Below, in pieces: positions 39,634 to 49,401 of a DNA stretch of 64,000 nt. Both the position numbers and the translations under genes were made by a program. The DNA is taken from NCBI GenBank assembly GCA_965237905.1, contig OZ250172.1, positions 1,024,001 to 1,088,000 on the forward strand. The letters run 5' to 3'. Under the pieces are notes generated by a model, which ran no database searches, had not been told where the DNA came from, and saw only the letters and a program-made list of their open reading frames with translations. Each line of letters begins with the position of its first letter. The first letter of the stretch is position 1. The DNA comes from Nitrospinaceae bacterium (GTDB lineage: Bacteria; Nitrospinota; Nitrospinia; Nitrospinales; Nitrospinaceae).

Positions 39634-41211
39634 ATGAAAATTCTGGTCAGTGACAATCTGTCCAAACTGGGTGTGGAAATATTACAAAAGGAAAGCGGTA
39701 TTGAGGTTGACGTCGATACCGGTTTGGCGAAGGAAGAGTTGATCAAGATCATCCCGCAATACGACGGACTGATCGTGAGAAGTGCTACAAAAGTCACCGC
39801 CGACGTGATTGCGGCTGCGACAAACCTCAAGGTGGTGGGACGCGCCGGAGTAGGTGTCGACAACATCGATCTCGATGCGGCAGGAAAAAAAGGCATCATC
39901 GTGATGAACGCGCCGGACGGCAATATGATCACCACCGCCGAACATGCCATGGCGCTGATGTTGAGCATGTCCCGCAACATTCCACAGGCCAACGCTTCGG
40001 TCAAAGATAAAAAATGGTCTCCCAAAAATTTCATGGGAGTCGAGTTGTACGGGAAAACAATGGGCATTGTCGGTCTGGGCCGCATTGGCTCCGTCGTTGC
40101 GGAGCGGACCAAGGGATTCGCCATGAAGGTGATCGCTTACGATCCGTTTGTGTCCAAGGAACAGGCGGAAAAAATCGGAGTGGAGATTGTGGAGTTGAAG
40201 GATTTGCTGCAACGCGCCGATTTCATCAGTCTGCACTCGCCGAAAGTGGGCGACAAACCGCTCTTGGGCAAAGAAGAACTGAATAGCGTCAAACCGGGGG
40301 TTCGCATCATCAACTGTGCCCGTGGTGAATTGATCGACGAAGCGGCCCTCATCCAAGCTATCAAAGACGGCAAGGTGGCCCAGGCGGCACTGGACGTGTA
40401 TTCGAAAGAGCCGGTCAATCCCGACAGTCCGTTATTGGATATTCCGGAAATCATCTGCACTCCACATCTGGGCGCATCGACAGGGGAAGCTCAGGATAAG
40501 GTGGCCATCGCCATCTGCGATCAGATGATCGATTTTCTGAAATACGGGAGCATCCGCAACGCGGTCAACATGCCTTCCATCGACGAAGAGACGCTCAAAC
40601 AGATCAAGCCGTATCTGGACTTGGGGTCGGATCTGGGTCAACTGGCTTCGCAATTGGTCGAAGGTCCCATTACTCAAGTCAAAGTTCAGTACAATGGTGA
40701 CGTAGCCGACCTGAACGTCCAACCCATCACGATTTGCGTTTTGAAGGGATTATTGACGCGATCGCTGGAAGGGGTCAACATGGTCAATGCGCCGTTCATC
40801 GCCAAGGAGCGGGGTATTGAGGTGCAGGAGTTGAAGAGCAATGAAATCAAGGACTACACCAGCACCGTCCAGGTTCAGGTGACCACCAAGCAGGGCGCTC
40901 GCGATATTACCGGCAGTATCTTTGGCAAAGGCGACCCGCGCATCGTGAGATTCGACGAATATAACTTCGAGGCGGTGATCTCCAAACACATGTTAATTTT
41001 GAGCAACAAGGATGTTCCGGGAGTAATCGGCAAACTCGGTAATGTGTTGGGCAAGAACAGCATCAACATCGCCGGGTTTCATCTGGGCCGCCTGGGAAAA
41101 ACGGGAAATGCGGTTTCAGTGGTCAATATCGATTCACCGCCGACCAGCGAGACCTTACGGGAATTGCGGGAAACACCCAATGTACTTGAGGTGTTTTCAG
41201 TCGTCCTCTAA
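39634..41211 (+). CDS. serA: D-3-phosphoglycerate dehydrogenase
   Basis: GRAGVGVDNID, GLGRIG, TPHLGAST and C-terminal ACT domain. Confidence 0.95.
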   Translation: MKILVSDNLSKLGVEILQKESGIEVDVDTGLAKEELIKIIPQYDGLIVRSATKVTADVIAAATNLKVVGRAGVGVDNIDLDAAGKKGIIVMNAPDGNMITTAEHAMALMLSMSRNIPQANASVKDKKWSPKNFMGVELYGKTMGIVGLGRIGSVVAERTKGFAMKVIAYDPFVSKEQAEKIGVEIVELKDLLQRADFISLHSPKVGDKPLLGKEELNSVKPGVRIINCARGELIDEAALIQAIKDGKVAQAALDVYSKEPVNPDSPLLDIPEIICTPHLGASTGEAQDKVAIAICDQMIDFLKYGSIRNAVNMPSIDEETLKQIKPYLDLGSDLGQLASQLVEGPITQVKVQYNGDVADLNVQPITICVLKGLLTRSLEGVNMVNAPFIAKERGIEVQELKSNEIKDYTSTVQVQVTTKQGARDITGSIFGKGDPRIVRFDEYNFEAVISKHMLILSNKDVPGVIGKLGNVLGKNSINIAGFHLGRLGKTGNAVSVVNIDSPPTSETLRELRETPNVLEVFSVVL

Positions 41212-41231
41212 ACAACCTGATAAAAAAAAAC

Positions 41232-41264
41232 AAAACCCGCTCTCTTTTTAGAGAGCGGGTTTTT
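41232..41264. terminator. bidirectional intrinsic terminator
   Basis: AAAACCCGCTCTCT/AGAGAGCGGGTTTT stem between convergent genes. Confidence 0.85.
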
Positions 41265-41312
41265 ATTTTCAAACGTCTTCGCCGGACAGCTCCGGCAACC
41301 ATCATTGAAGGC

Positions 41313-41864
41313 CTACTTCTTTTCCCCGGCCTCAGTTGTCTGCCCGAATGTTTGAGCGATGACCTCGTTAATAGCCTTCTCACCTAAAATATTATATACA
41401 GCATTTGCCGACTTGAAGTGGGCACTGGTGAACAGGCTCATTACCTTTTTACTGGAATACCCGAGCATCATAAATTCGTGGGCGTAATTTTCGGCCACCA
41501 GGCGCAGGGTTTTATCGTCCGCGTCTTCGTCGCCGGTGGGCGGGCCTTCATCAGGATTGATATCGTCCTTGACCTCGTATATGTAGATCAAATGCCAGCC
41601 GAACTCGGTTTTAATGGGCCCGACCACATCCCCCTCCTCCGCGCTGAACGCGGCCACTTCAAAGGGGCGAACCATGGCACCTTTCCCGAACCAGCCCAAG
41701 TCGCCGCCGCGTTTTTTGGAGGGGCACTCGCTGTACTCCTCGGCCATTTTGGCGAACTCGGCACCATCATCCAATTTCTGATTTATTTCATCCGCCAATT
41801 CCTTGGTCGCGACCAGAATGTGGCGGGCCTGAATTTTTTTGACTTTCTTATCTGGATTGCTCAT
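41313..41864 (-). CDS. parvulin PPIase with extra C-terminal domain
   Basis: ARHILV, GGDLGWF and TEFGWHLI motifs, plus a ~55-aa helical extension. Confidence 0.85.
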   Translation of the reverse strand: MSNPDKKVKKIQARHILVATKELADEINQKLDDGAEFAKMAEEYSECPSKKRGGDLGWFGKGAMVRPFEVAAFSAEEGDVVGPIKTEFGWHLIYIYEVKDDINPDEGPPTGDEDADDKTLRLVAENYAHEFMMLGYSSKKVMSLFTSAHFKSANAVYNILGEKAINEVIAQTFGQTTEAGEKK

Positions 41865-41897
41865 AACTTTCCTGCCTTTATTTTGAATTGATATCAA

Positions 41898-42698
41898 TCA
41901 ATTTAATTTCAAACCACAACATTTTTTGAATTTTTTTCCGGACCCGCAAGGACACATTTCATTGCGTTGGACCTTGTGGGGTGTGACTTCCATTTTGGGT
42001 GAAGATTTCAACAATTCCTCACCAATCTGCTTGGCTTCCTTGTAACGCTGTTTCAGAATATCGTTGAGATTGGGAATAAACCGGATAAACTCCATAAGGA
42101 GTTCACTATTCGCCGGCTCGAGCTTGGCTTCCTCCTCTTCCCGGTTTTTCTCATTGAAATAATAGGTGTAGGGGAAAATAGGAGGCGGGCGATCTTCGGC
42201 GTGATCAAATTTGTAAAACGTCAGTTGAACGCTTTTGTTATCATTGCGCGGATCCAGCTCATAGGCCTCTTCGACGAAATGCTTGTTCTCATTATATTTA
42301 AAATCCAGCAGTTGTTTCGCCCGGGGGAACAGTTCCATATAGTTGACATAGCGTCCCGACTCGAACACGAGATAGGACATGGGGTTATTCTCCCCATAAG
42401 CCTTGGCCTCCATGTACCTCTGTTTGAACAGGATGATCATTTCATCCGTCACTTCCGCCATGAATTCATCGAGGATGGATGTTTGGGAGTCGGTTAACTC
42501 CGGATGATTGGGCAGGATTCCCTGTGTTTTATCGAAGTTCAACAGAAAGGAAAACCGGTTATCGTCGTCTTCCTTGTCACAAAGGGAAATGGTGACATGA
42601 TTGCAATCACAAAAAGGATTGGTGCAATAGTAATCTTCCAGAATGTAGAGACTTTTGAAATCTTCTTCCTCAAACCGGTAGGTCATGACCGAGTTCAA
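41898..42698 (-). CDS. SEC-C motif protein
   Basis: C-terminal RNEMCPCGSGKKFKKCC and N-terminal YCTNPFCDC. Confidence 0.85.
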   Translation of the reverse strand: MNSVMTYRFEEEDFKSLYILEDYYCTNPFCDCNHVTISLCDKEDDDNRFSFLLNFDKTQGILPNHPELTDSQTSILDEFMAEVTDEMIILFKQRYMEAKAYGENNPMSYLVFESGRYVNYMELFPRAKQLLDFKYNENKHFVEEAYELDPRNDNKSVQLTFYKFDHAEDRPPPIFPYTYYFNEKNREEEEAKLEPANSELLMEFIRFIPNLNDILKQRYKEAKQIGEELLKSSPKMEVTPHKVQRNEMCPCGSGKKFKKCCGLKLN

Positions 42699-42770
42699 GC
42701 TTTCCTGATTATTGACAACACTGTACGCTTCGATGACGCTTCTCCTTCTTCACAACATTAATTCTGGCGC

Positions 42771-43199
42771 TCACTCTTCTTCCGTGATGATCCTCACCGC
42801 CCGGATGGAATCCTTGGACGGATCGTCCCGGTTGTTGACGTTGGCGTGGCCATATCGATAATAAAAGATCACCGCCCCATTATGGGGTTTCAGGTCGCTA
42901 GTCCAGGTGGTGTAGCCCCCTCCCGGAGAAAACGCACTGTCGATAAATATTTCAAACCGGTCGCTGTCGCGAATGGACGTTTCCTCGACAAACAGGCTTT
43001 CCGCTTCCTCCAGGTTTGGCATGTGCCAATCGTTATAGCCGGCAAACTTTTTATTGTTCAGTTCCCGGATGTAATCCTCGGCCTTGTACCAGGTATGGAA
43101 TATACTCTGGTCCTGGAATCCGTCGGTTTGCTTCCACATCAAACCTTCTTCCGTATCCGTGACGGTTCCATCCCCGTTATCTTTAAACCGTTTTCCCAT
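42771..43199 (-). CDS. DUF1566 (Lcl-type) domain protein 1
   Basis: RFKDNGDGTVTD..GLMW, GYNDWHMPN and SIRAVR motifs. Confidence 0.85.
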   Translation of the reverse strand: MGKRFKDNGDGTVTDTEEGLMWKQTDGFQDQSIFHTWYKAEDYIRELNNKKFAGYNDWHMPNLEEAESLFVEETSIRDSDRFEIFIDSAFSPGGGYTTWTSDLKPHNGAVIFYYRYGHANVNNRDDPSKDSIRAVRIITEEE

Positions 43200-43220
43200 C
43201 GAAAGCGCTTGTCCGTCCGA

Positions 43221-43682
43221 TCAAACCTTGTTCATATCACGTACCAGACGGGTGGATCCCCGCGAAACCCGGTAGACGTCGTCGTACATCATCCCGCCCT
43301 TGCGGTAACCGAAGCGAACGGCCTGAATTTTATTCCGCACGTCGCTGGTCCAACACAAAAATCCGAACCCACCGGGGAAAAGAGAATGCAAATAAGCCTT
43401 TTGCCCCATATGATCCTTATTGATCTGGTTTTTATCGTATAAACTTTTCGCCTCTTCCGTCGTGGGAAGCCGCCAGTCGTTGTAACCGGCATAATGAGAC
43501 TGGCTCAACTCTTTCGCATAATCGCGGGACTGAACCCAGTTGAGCCATTTACCGGTCATCTGATACGTATCCTGCCTGAGCCAAACCAGCTTCCGCGTTA
43601 GATCGATCACCGTATGTTCATCCGCCTCGGCAAACCGCTCCTGAACGGCGGTTGAAGCAGGCGTGGGTTCGGAGGGACTCAT
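43221..43682 (-). CDS. DUF1566 domain protein 2
   Basis: TVID..LVW, GYNDWRLPT and TRLVR motifs. Confidence 0.85.
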   Translation of the reverse strand: MSPSEPTPASTAVQERFAEADEHTVIDLTRKLVWLRQDTYQMTGKWLNWVQSRDYAKELSQSHYAGYNDWRLPTTEEAKSLYDKNQINKDHMGQKAYLHSLFPGGFGFLCWTSDVRNKIQAVRFGYRKGGMMYDDVYRVSRGSTRLVRDMNKV

Positions 43683-44572
43683 TATTCCTTTTCCTCTGGC
43701 AGCAGTGTTCGTACCGCGCGTACGCCGTGGCTTCGCAGTCCTTTTTTATGAAACTTATGATCCCCGCTGTAAAAGTTAAACCGCATCGCTATGCTGTCGT
43801 CGGTTTTATGCAGGGTTTTGGTCCAGGTGGTCTGTCCCGCACCGGGCGGAAACACTGGGACCAGATACAGGGTATCGCCATAAGTGTCGATTACGGGATT
43901 GTTGGGATCGTGGATGGATTGCGCCTCTTTACGTGTGGGCAATCTCCAGTCGCTGTGACCGCCGAATTCCTCTTTGTTGAGCACACTGACTTGGACCTTG
44001 GCCTCGGACCAGCTGATCCATTTGTCCAAATCCAGGTAGGAATCGTCCTGCTTCCACATCAATCCCGTTTCCAGATCGCTGACGGTACCATTGTTGTGAA
44101 CCACATAGCGCTCTTCCGGGGGCAGTTTTGATTCGGCCGTGATGGAGCGGACGGGACGGATGCCGCTGGGGAATCCTTCATTTTCGCGGGCCAGCCAAAA
44201 TTCGTAATCGGCACGGAAATCGTAACCCATCGCCGCCTTGGCGCCGCGGGTTTCGGTGGTCCAGGTCGTGTACCCGCACCCGGAAGTAAATACTGGATCG
44301 ATGTGAGCTTCACACCCCTCCATATCGGTATTGCTGAATTCGGGATCATACAACTCGCGGGCTTCCTGGCCGTTGGGAAATCGCCAGTCGGAGTGCCCAG
44401 CGAATTTTTTTTCGTTCAGCTCTTTGATGTATTCCTGGCCTTGCCACCACGAAACCAGTTTACCGAGCTTCACCCAAGTATCGTCCTTGGCCCACATCAG
44501 GTTTTTTCGAGTATCGGTGACGGTTTCATCCCCGTTATCAATAAACCTGGTTTTAACTTTGGTTCCGCTCAT
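43682..44572 (-). CDS. tandem DUF1566 domain protein 3 (two domains)
   Basis: Two copies of NG.TV.D..LMW / GHSDWR.P / R.VR; ATG 44572 follows GAGG. Confidence 0.85.
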   Translation of the reverse strand: MSGTKVKTRFIDNGDETVTDTRKNLMWAKDDTWVKLGKLVSWWQGQEYIKELNEKKFAGHSDWRFPNGQEARELYDPEFSNTDMEGCEAHIDPVFTSGCGYTTWTTETRGAKAAMGYDFRADYEFWLARENEGFPSGIRPVRSITAESKLPPEERYVVHNNGTVSDLETGLMWKQDDSYLDLDKWISWSEAKVQVSVLNKEEFGGHSDWRLPTRKEAQSIHDPNNPVIDTYGDTLYLVPVFPPGAGQTTWTKTLHKTDDSIAMRFNFYSGDHKFHKKGLRSHGVRAVRTLLPEEKE

Positions 44573-44585
44573 AATAGTGGTTTCC

Positions 44586-45095
44586 TCAAGTGTTTCTTCT
44601 GCGACCAACGGTTTTGACCGGGTCTTTGCGGCAGATTCTTACCGACCCGAACGCATATTCATCGGCGCTGGCGATTTGGCCCTGGGTGTAATCGAACCGG
44701 GGCCGCCGTGTAGAGGTGTCCGCCATGGTCCATTGCATTTTGAACGAACCTTCGGGAAACAGGGAATCGATATGAACCGTTTCGCCGGTTTTGCCGGTAT
44801 TCTCCCACTCTGCATCGTACAGGGTGGCCGCCTCTTCGTTGGTCGGTAAGCGCCAGTCCGAGAATCCGCCAATTTTACGTACATTCTTTCTTTCGGCGTA
44901 GTCTTTGGATTCATGCCAGTTGAAATATTTTCCTTTGTCCTGCCAGGAATCTTTTTTCAGCCAGTACATTCCCGTTTGGGTGTCCTGGATCACCAGGGGT
45001 CCGTGTACCACGAACCGCTTGGGACCTTCTTCAACGACTTCCAGTTTGTCGGTTTGCGCGTCGTGAACAACCGGTTTGGTTTCCTCGTCTGCCAT
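44586..45095 (-). CDS. DUF1566 domain protein 4
   Basis: IQDTQTGMYW, GFSDWRLPT and SVRICR motifs. Confidence 0.82.
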   Translation of the reverse strand: MADEETKPVVHDAQTDKLEVVEEGPKRFVVHGPLVIQDTQTGMYWLKKDSWQDKGKYFNWHESKDYAERKNVRKIGGFSDWRLPTNEEAATLYDAEWENTGKTGETVHIDSLFPEGSFKMQWTMADTSTRRPRFDYTQGQIASADEYAFGSVRICRKDPVKTVGRRRNT

Positions 45096-45111
45096 AGCGT
45101 GACTTCTCCCC

Positions 45112-45327
45112 TTAATCGGTATAGCCGATTTCGACGTTATCTTCATCGACGTTGACAATCACCGGAATCACATAATCCCCGTTGGAATATTCCAGCATTT
45201 TCTCAAGACCCTGAGGATTGCTCTCCACATTGACATAGATAAAAGGTTTGCACTGTTTTTTATAATCCTGACGGGCCTTGGTAGTGTAAGGACAATCGTC
45301 TTTCCCAAATATCATGTAGTGACTCAC
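45112..45327 (-). CDS. glutaredoxin-like protein (UXX-star family 1-like, Cys form)
   Basis: IFGKDDCPYT and VIPVIV motifs; GTG start after GAGAGG. Confidence 0.7.
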   Translation of the reverse strand: MSHYMIFGKDDCPYTTKARQDYKKQCKPFIYVNVESNPQGLEKMLEYSNGDYVIPVIVNVDEDNVEIGYTD

Positions 45328-45357
45328 AACAACACCTCTCTTCGAGCACAAGCGATT

Positions 45358-46011
45358 TTAACCATCGAACTTTTTGGTCTCGCTCCGCCAATCGGGTTCC
45401 CACGACTCTTTCAGTTCATCGCGGACGGCCCGGACATGGCAAAATTCGTTATCCTTGTGTTCCCACATATCGTTACCGGTAACGTAGCTGAAAATCATGG
45501 CGTATTGCTGAAAATCCGGCTTTTCCTCATACGTCCAGGTATTGTGTCCGCCGCCGGACGCGAACAGAGGATCAATATGGACTTCCGCGCCGTCCTTGTC
45601 CTGGTTGGATACGGCAAACGCGAACAGCGATTTGGCCTCATCAAAGCCGGCCAGCCGCCAATCGTCGAAACCAGCGAATTTTTTTTCGTTCAGTTCCTCG
45701 ATATAATCGTTGGATTCAAACCAGTTGATGCCGTAACCAAAGTCGGCAAAGGAGTCGCTTTTTTTCCACATCAGATTGGAGATGGAATCGCTGATGGTTT
45801 CGTTGCCGTTATCAACTAACTGGGGAACATCCGGCTCTTCCTCTGCCTCTGCCTCCTCCTCGATTTCCTCCCACTCGTCGTCGCCGATCCACTCGTCGGC
45901 GTCGAAGCCTTCTTCATCTTCAAAGTCGTCATCGAGCGGCAGGGTCTTTTTGGCTTCCTCACCGGGGACTTCTTTTTCTTCCGACGGGTCCTTCACTTCT
46001 TCTTCGGACAC
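45358..46011 (-). CDS. DUF1566 domain protein 5 with acidic N-terminus
   Basis: ~60-aa Asp/Glu-rich leader; DNGNETISD..LMW, GFDDWRL and HVRAVR motifs. Confidence 0.85.
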   Translation of the reverse strand: MSEEEVKDPSEEKEVPGEEAKKTLPLDDDFEDEEGFDADEWIGDDEWEEIEEEAEAEEEPDVPQLVDNGNETISDSISNLMWKKSDSFADFGYGINWFESNDYIEELNEKKFAGFDDWRLAGFDEAKSLFAFAVSNQDKDGAEVHIDPLFASGGGHNTWTYEEKPDFQQYAMIFSYVTGNDMWEHKDNEFCHVRAVRDELKESWEPDWRSETKKFDG

Positions 46012-46057
46012 GGTGGCTCTCCTTATCGCCGCTCAATCAAAGCGGCGGGTTATGAAT

Positions 46058-46498
46058 TCAAGCGTCCCTGACCAGGCGAACCGAGGTTCCCGTGGTCGAG
46101 ACCTGCTGGTCCACACACACTTCCTTGATGACAGGGAAATAACATTTCCAGGCGTAGGAATCGTACCGGGTTTCCGAGGTCCAGTAACTCCATTCCCCAC
46201 CTGCCTGATAATTGGCAACGGAACGTTTTTTTTTGGCGGGAAGGTTCACGAACAGCGCCTCATAGGCTTCCTTCGCTTTGAGCAGGCCTCGCATTTCGCT
46301 TTTCGTGGGCAATCGCCAGTCGGTGGTCCCCAGATATTTCTGCTCGTTACAAGCCTCCCGGTAGGCGTTGGCCTCATCCCAATTGAGCCATTTGCCCAAT
46401 TCCTGCCGGGAGTCTTTTTTGACCCAGATCAAATCCTCGTCCACTTGAGCTACGGTTCCGTCACCATTATCTTTAAACAGTTTTTCCCAATCCGCCAT
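46058..46498 (-). CDS. DUF1566 domain protein 6
   Basis: FKDNGDGTV, GTTDWRLPT, YWTS and SVRLVR motifs. Confidence 0.85.
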   Translation of the reverse strand: MADWEKLFKDNGDGTVAQVDEDLIWVKKDSRQELGKWLNWDEANAYREACNEQKYLGTTDWRLPTKSEMRGLLKAKEAYEALFVNLPAKKKRSVANYQAGGEWSYWTSETRYDSYAWKCYFPVIKEVCVDQQVSTTGTSVRLVRDA

Positions 46499-46700
46499 AT
46501 AATTGCCAAAACCCAAAACCAACTTCTCGTTTTGGGTTATTGTGAATTTTTTAGAGCGGCCCTACCCCTTTGGAGGGTGGCCCCCTAACACCCTAAATTT
46601 TAAGAAAGTTTACCGTTAAAGTATCACCCACCCGGCTATATTTCAATACCTAACCAAGAGAAAACTGTCCGACCGCCTATTTTTACCAAATCCTTATAAA

Positions 46701-47195
46701 TCAGCGCTGATCACTGATCATCATGCCTCTTTTAGGCGGAATTTTCCCCAAGGAGGCTTTGGATTCCTCGTCCATGGTTCCCCGCACCAGGCGAACGCTG
46801 GTATCCAGGGTGTCGTCTACCTCTTTATGGCCTCCAGTGCCACTGGCAAAGGAAAACACATAAGCGGTGATCCTGCCTCGGGAATTGCTGGTCCAGGTGT
46901 CATAGCCACAGCCCTCGGTAAAGACCGGATCGATATACAAGGCCATTTCGTACTTGTCCTGGATGGATTTTTCCTTCTCCCTGTAATACAGGGAATGCGC
47001 CTCTTCCTTGCTGGGCAGTCGCCAGTCGCTGTATCCCGCGAAGGATTCTTCATTCATTTTAGCCATGAGTTTTTTAGCGGCGGCATAGACCAGAAATCTT
47101 CTAAAAATGTTGTAGGAATCTTCTTGCATCCACATCAGATTAGATTTGTGGTCGGTCACGGTTCCGTCGCCATTATCTACAAATCGTTCTTCCAT
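46701..47195 (-). CDS. DUF1566 domain protein 7
   Basis: RFVDNGDGTVTD..LMW, GYSDWRLPS and SVRLVR motifs. Confidence 0.85.
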   Translation of the reverse strand: MEERFVDNGDGTVTDHKSNLMWMQEDSYNIFRRFLVYAAAKKLMAKMNEESFAGYSDWRLPSKEEAHSLYYREKEKSIQDKYEMALYIDPVFTEGCGYDTWTSNSRGRITAYVFSFASGTGGHKEVDDTLDTSVRLVRGTMDEESKASLGKIPPKRGMMISDQR

Positions 47196-47266
47196 ACTTG
47201 CCTCTTAAAATTCTATTTGCAAATTTCCACTTAAAGTTTAGATCAGGTCCCCGGAACATTGGGTTC

Positions 47267-47301
47267 AAAAAAAAGCCGGAAGGTCGAAACCCTCCGGCTT
47301 T
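47267..47301 (-). terminator. intrinsic terminator
   Basis: GCCGGA/TCCGGC stem with an A8 tract (U-tract on the minus strand). Confidence 0.75.
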
Positions 47302-47326
47302 GCTAATACAGATGTAAGAGTGAAAC

Positions 47327-47818
47327 TTAGCGATTGGCCTCAGACTTGGCGCCCGTAACACCGTAGATACCGCGCTCGGTGCCTTCCGGCATACCCAGAG
47401 TCGGCTCGATGTACGTGCCCGGCTGTACGTGGTCCATATGGTAATTGGACTGATACGTTTTACCGGAACCCGCGTCGATTTTCCAGTCATGGCGGTCAAA
47501 GCGCTGACGCTGACAGTTCACCACAATGGTACCCGGGCCCTTGTTCCAAAAGTCTGTTTTCATAGCAATCGAACCGGCCTGATACCCACCGGGAGCAATC
47601 ACTCTTGTCATTTTTTTGCCCCAATTGTAGCCCCAAGGGCCAATATCAAATGTTACCGTGGTGGATTTGGTCTCACTGGTGTTGTAGAAAATCCACGAGG
47701 CGTTTTCACAAACACTGTGTCCCCCCGACTTAAGGTTTGTTTCATTGGCGGCGGCCAAGGACGCGAAGGCCAACAGAACGAAAGCCACGGACAGGACGGC
47801 AATTAATTTTCTTACCAT
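47327..47818 (-). CDS. secreted hypothetical protein
   Basis: Signal peptide (LAAA-N), two Cys, GGGGGAG RBS. Confidence 0.75.
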   Translation of the reverse strand: MVRKLIAVLSVAFVLLAFASLAAANETNLKSGGHSVCENASWIFYNTSETKSTTVTFDIGPWGYNWGKKMTRVIAPGGYQAGSIAMKTDFWNKGPGTIVVNCQRQRFDRHDWKIDAGSGKTYQSNYHMDHVQPGTYIEPTLGMPEGTERGIYGVTGAKSEANR

Positions 47819-48128
47819 TGTGCTCCCCCTTTCAAATTGGTGGTATTTAAGAACACTACTTTTATTTTATATATACAAAAGTCAACTGGACTCAAAAACT
47901 CTTTTTGAACGCGGACCGCACTTTTGAATAACATTCAAAATCCGCACGTTAGACACTGCCCCATGGCCGACCCCTCGTGAGAGCCCACCACTAGTCTCGT
48001 ATGGAGGGGAAAATATCAAAACCCGCCTACCAAGTCAAGGTATAAATTTTAACACAATCCCTGAATTATAATCCCATAAAAAACAAAGGGTTACCTGAGA
48101 ACGGGGCCGTTCCCTGCAAATCCCCTCG

Positions 48129-48524
48129 TCAGACCTGAAATTTGAGGGAAGTCAAATTTATCAAGTGGGTGGAGTTCATCAGAGCCCGCTCCCCTTCCTC
48201 AGTCAAGTCGTTGACCACCAGCTGGATGGATTTCAGATTGCCCAAGGTGGTGGAATTGGCAAGAAATTCAGCACCGACATCGGTGATACGATTGGACTTC
48301 AAGTTTAACGTTCTCAAATTGGAAAAGAGGGGCGACTCAGCGACCGCTTTGACTCCCACATCTCCGATATCGTTTTGCGAAAGGTCCAACGCACGCAAGG
48401 TGGACAATTCTTCGCATTGAGCCAACTCTTTCGCACCGACTTCACGAATATATTTGGCTTTGAGGTTGAGCACCTGCCCGTCTTTACTCAGATGGGTTTT
48501 AATCAGTTTTTTTATATCCGCCAT
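48129..48524 (-). CDS. leucine-rich repeat protein
   Basis: 28-aa LRRs, e.g. LRALDLSQNDIGDVG and LRTLNLKSNRITDVG. Confidence 0.85.
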   Translation of the reverse strand: MADIKKLIKTHLSKDGQVLNLKAKYIREVGAKELAQCEELSTLRALDLSQNDIGDVGVKAVAESPLFSNLRTLNLKSNRITDVGAEFLANSTTLGNLKSIQLVVNDLTEEGERALMNSTHLINLTSLKFQV

Positions 48525-48568
48525 AAATGAGCCGCTTCCATGATCTTTTAAATTAAGTTCAATTAAGT

Positions 48569-49372
48569 TTATCCCAAACCTGGGATATCTTTAGCTTCAA
48601 ATCCATATTCGTCAAACGCCTTCCATCCCACGGCCAGCATTTTCTTGGCGTACTTGGACATCAAGTTGGCCTGGGAATGATTGGGATCAATTTCCAGAGT
48701 CTTTTTAATCAGCTTCAGGGCTTTTTGAACATCCTGGATTTCGCTTCCATATTTGGCGATCTGACGGGATTTGTCGATCAGGTCCGATCCCCACTTGTAA
48801 TAAATATTGGCCAGTTGAACCGGCGCTTCCTTACTGATGAAGTCTACCAGCTCGTCATCGGCTTTTAACTGCGGGAGAAATTCCATAGCTTTCTGAAAGT
48901 GATGGATCGGAACTGCGTAATCTTCCTCGAAAACCTCGACGATGGAATCCCCCGGCTTGTGAGCGGAATGCAAACCGATAGAGCTCTTCACCACCACGGA
49001 TTGGATTCCGGACAGTAGCTGATGAAAAATCAGATTGCCCATTCCATAATGGATGATCGCATGGAAGTCCTGTTCCGTATCGCATTCGAGAGCGCGTTCG
49101 TATTCGGCTTTGGCTTCTTCCCTGTCTCCCAATTCTTCCAGCGCTTCTGCCAGATTGTAATGATGAACACAATTGTCCGGATCTTCTTCAAGAACGGCAC
49201 GAAACTCCTCGATTTGCGCCTCCAGATCGAACTCTGCCAGCTCCCCTCCTTCCTTCTCAAGCTTGTCGCGGGCCGCTTCGTCCTCCTCGACTTCTTGCAG
49301 GTTGGGATCGATCTCTTCTTCAGCCGCCGTTTGCTCCGGCACGGTGTTTTCTTCTTTATCTTCGGGACTCAT
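48569..49372 (-). CDS. TPR protein with acidic N-terminus
   Basis: HYNLAEAL..A...YERAL and LEIDPNH motifs. Confidence 0.75.
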   Translation of the reverse strand: MSPEDKEENTVPEQTAAEEEIDPNLQEVEEDEAARDKLEKEGGELAEFDLEAQIEEFRAVLEEDPDNCVHHYNLAEALEELGDREEAKAEYERALECDTEQDFHAIIHYGMGNLIFHQLLSGIQSVVVKSSIGLHSAHKPGDSIVEVFEEDYAVPIHHFQKAMEFLPQLKADDELVDFISKEAPVQLANIYYKWGSDLIDKSRQIAKYGSEIQDVQKALKLIKKTLEIDPNHSQANLMSKYAKKMLAVGWKAFDEYGFEAKDIPGLG

Positions 49373-49401
49373 AGTCTAAAGAATTTCCATAGGTCGGAGG
49401 C

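Noticed and set aside
45112..45327. Selenoprotein
   Set aside because: Active site is encoded as Cys, there is no in-frame TGA and the gene ends in TAA
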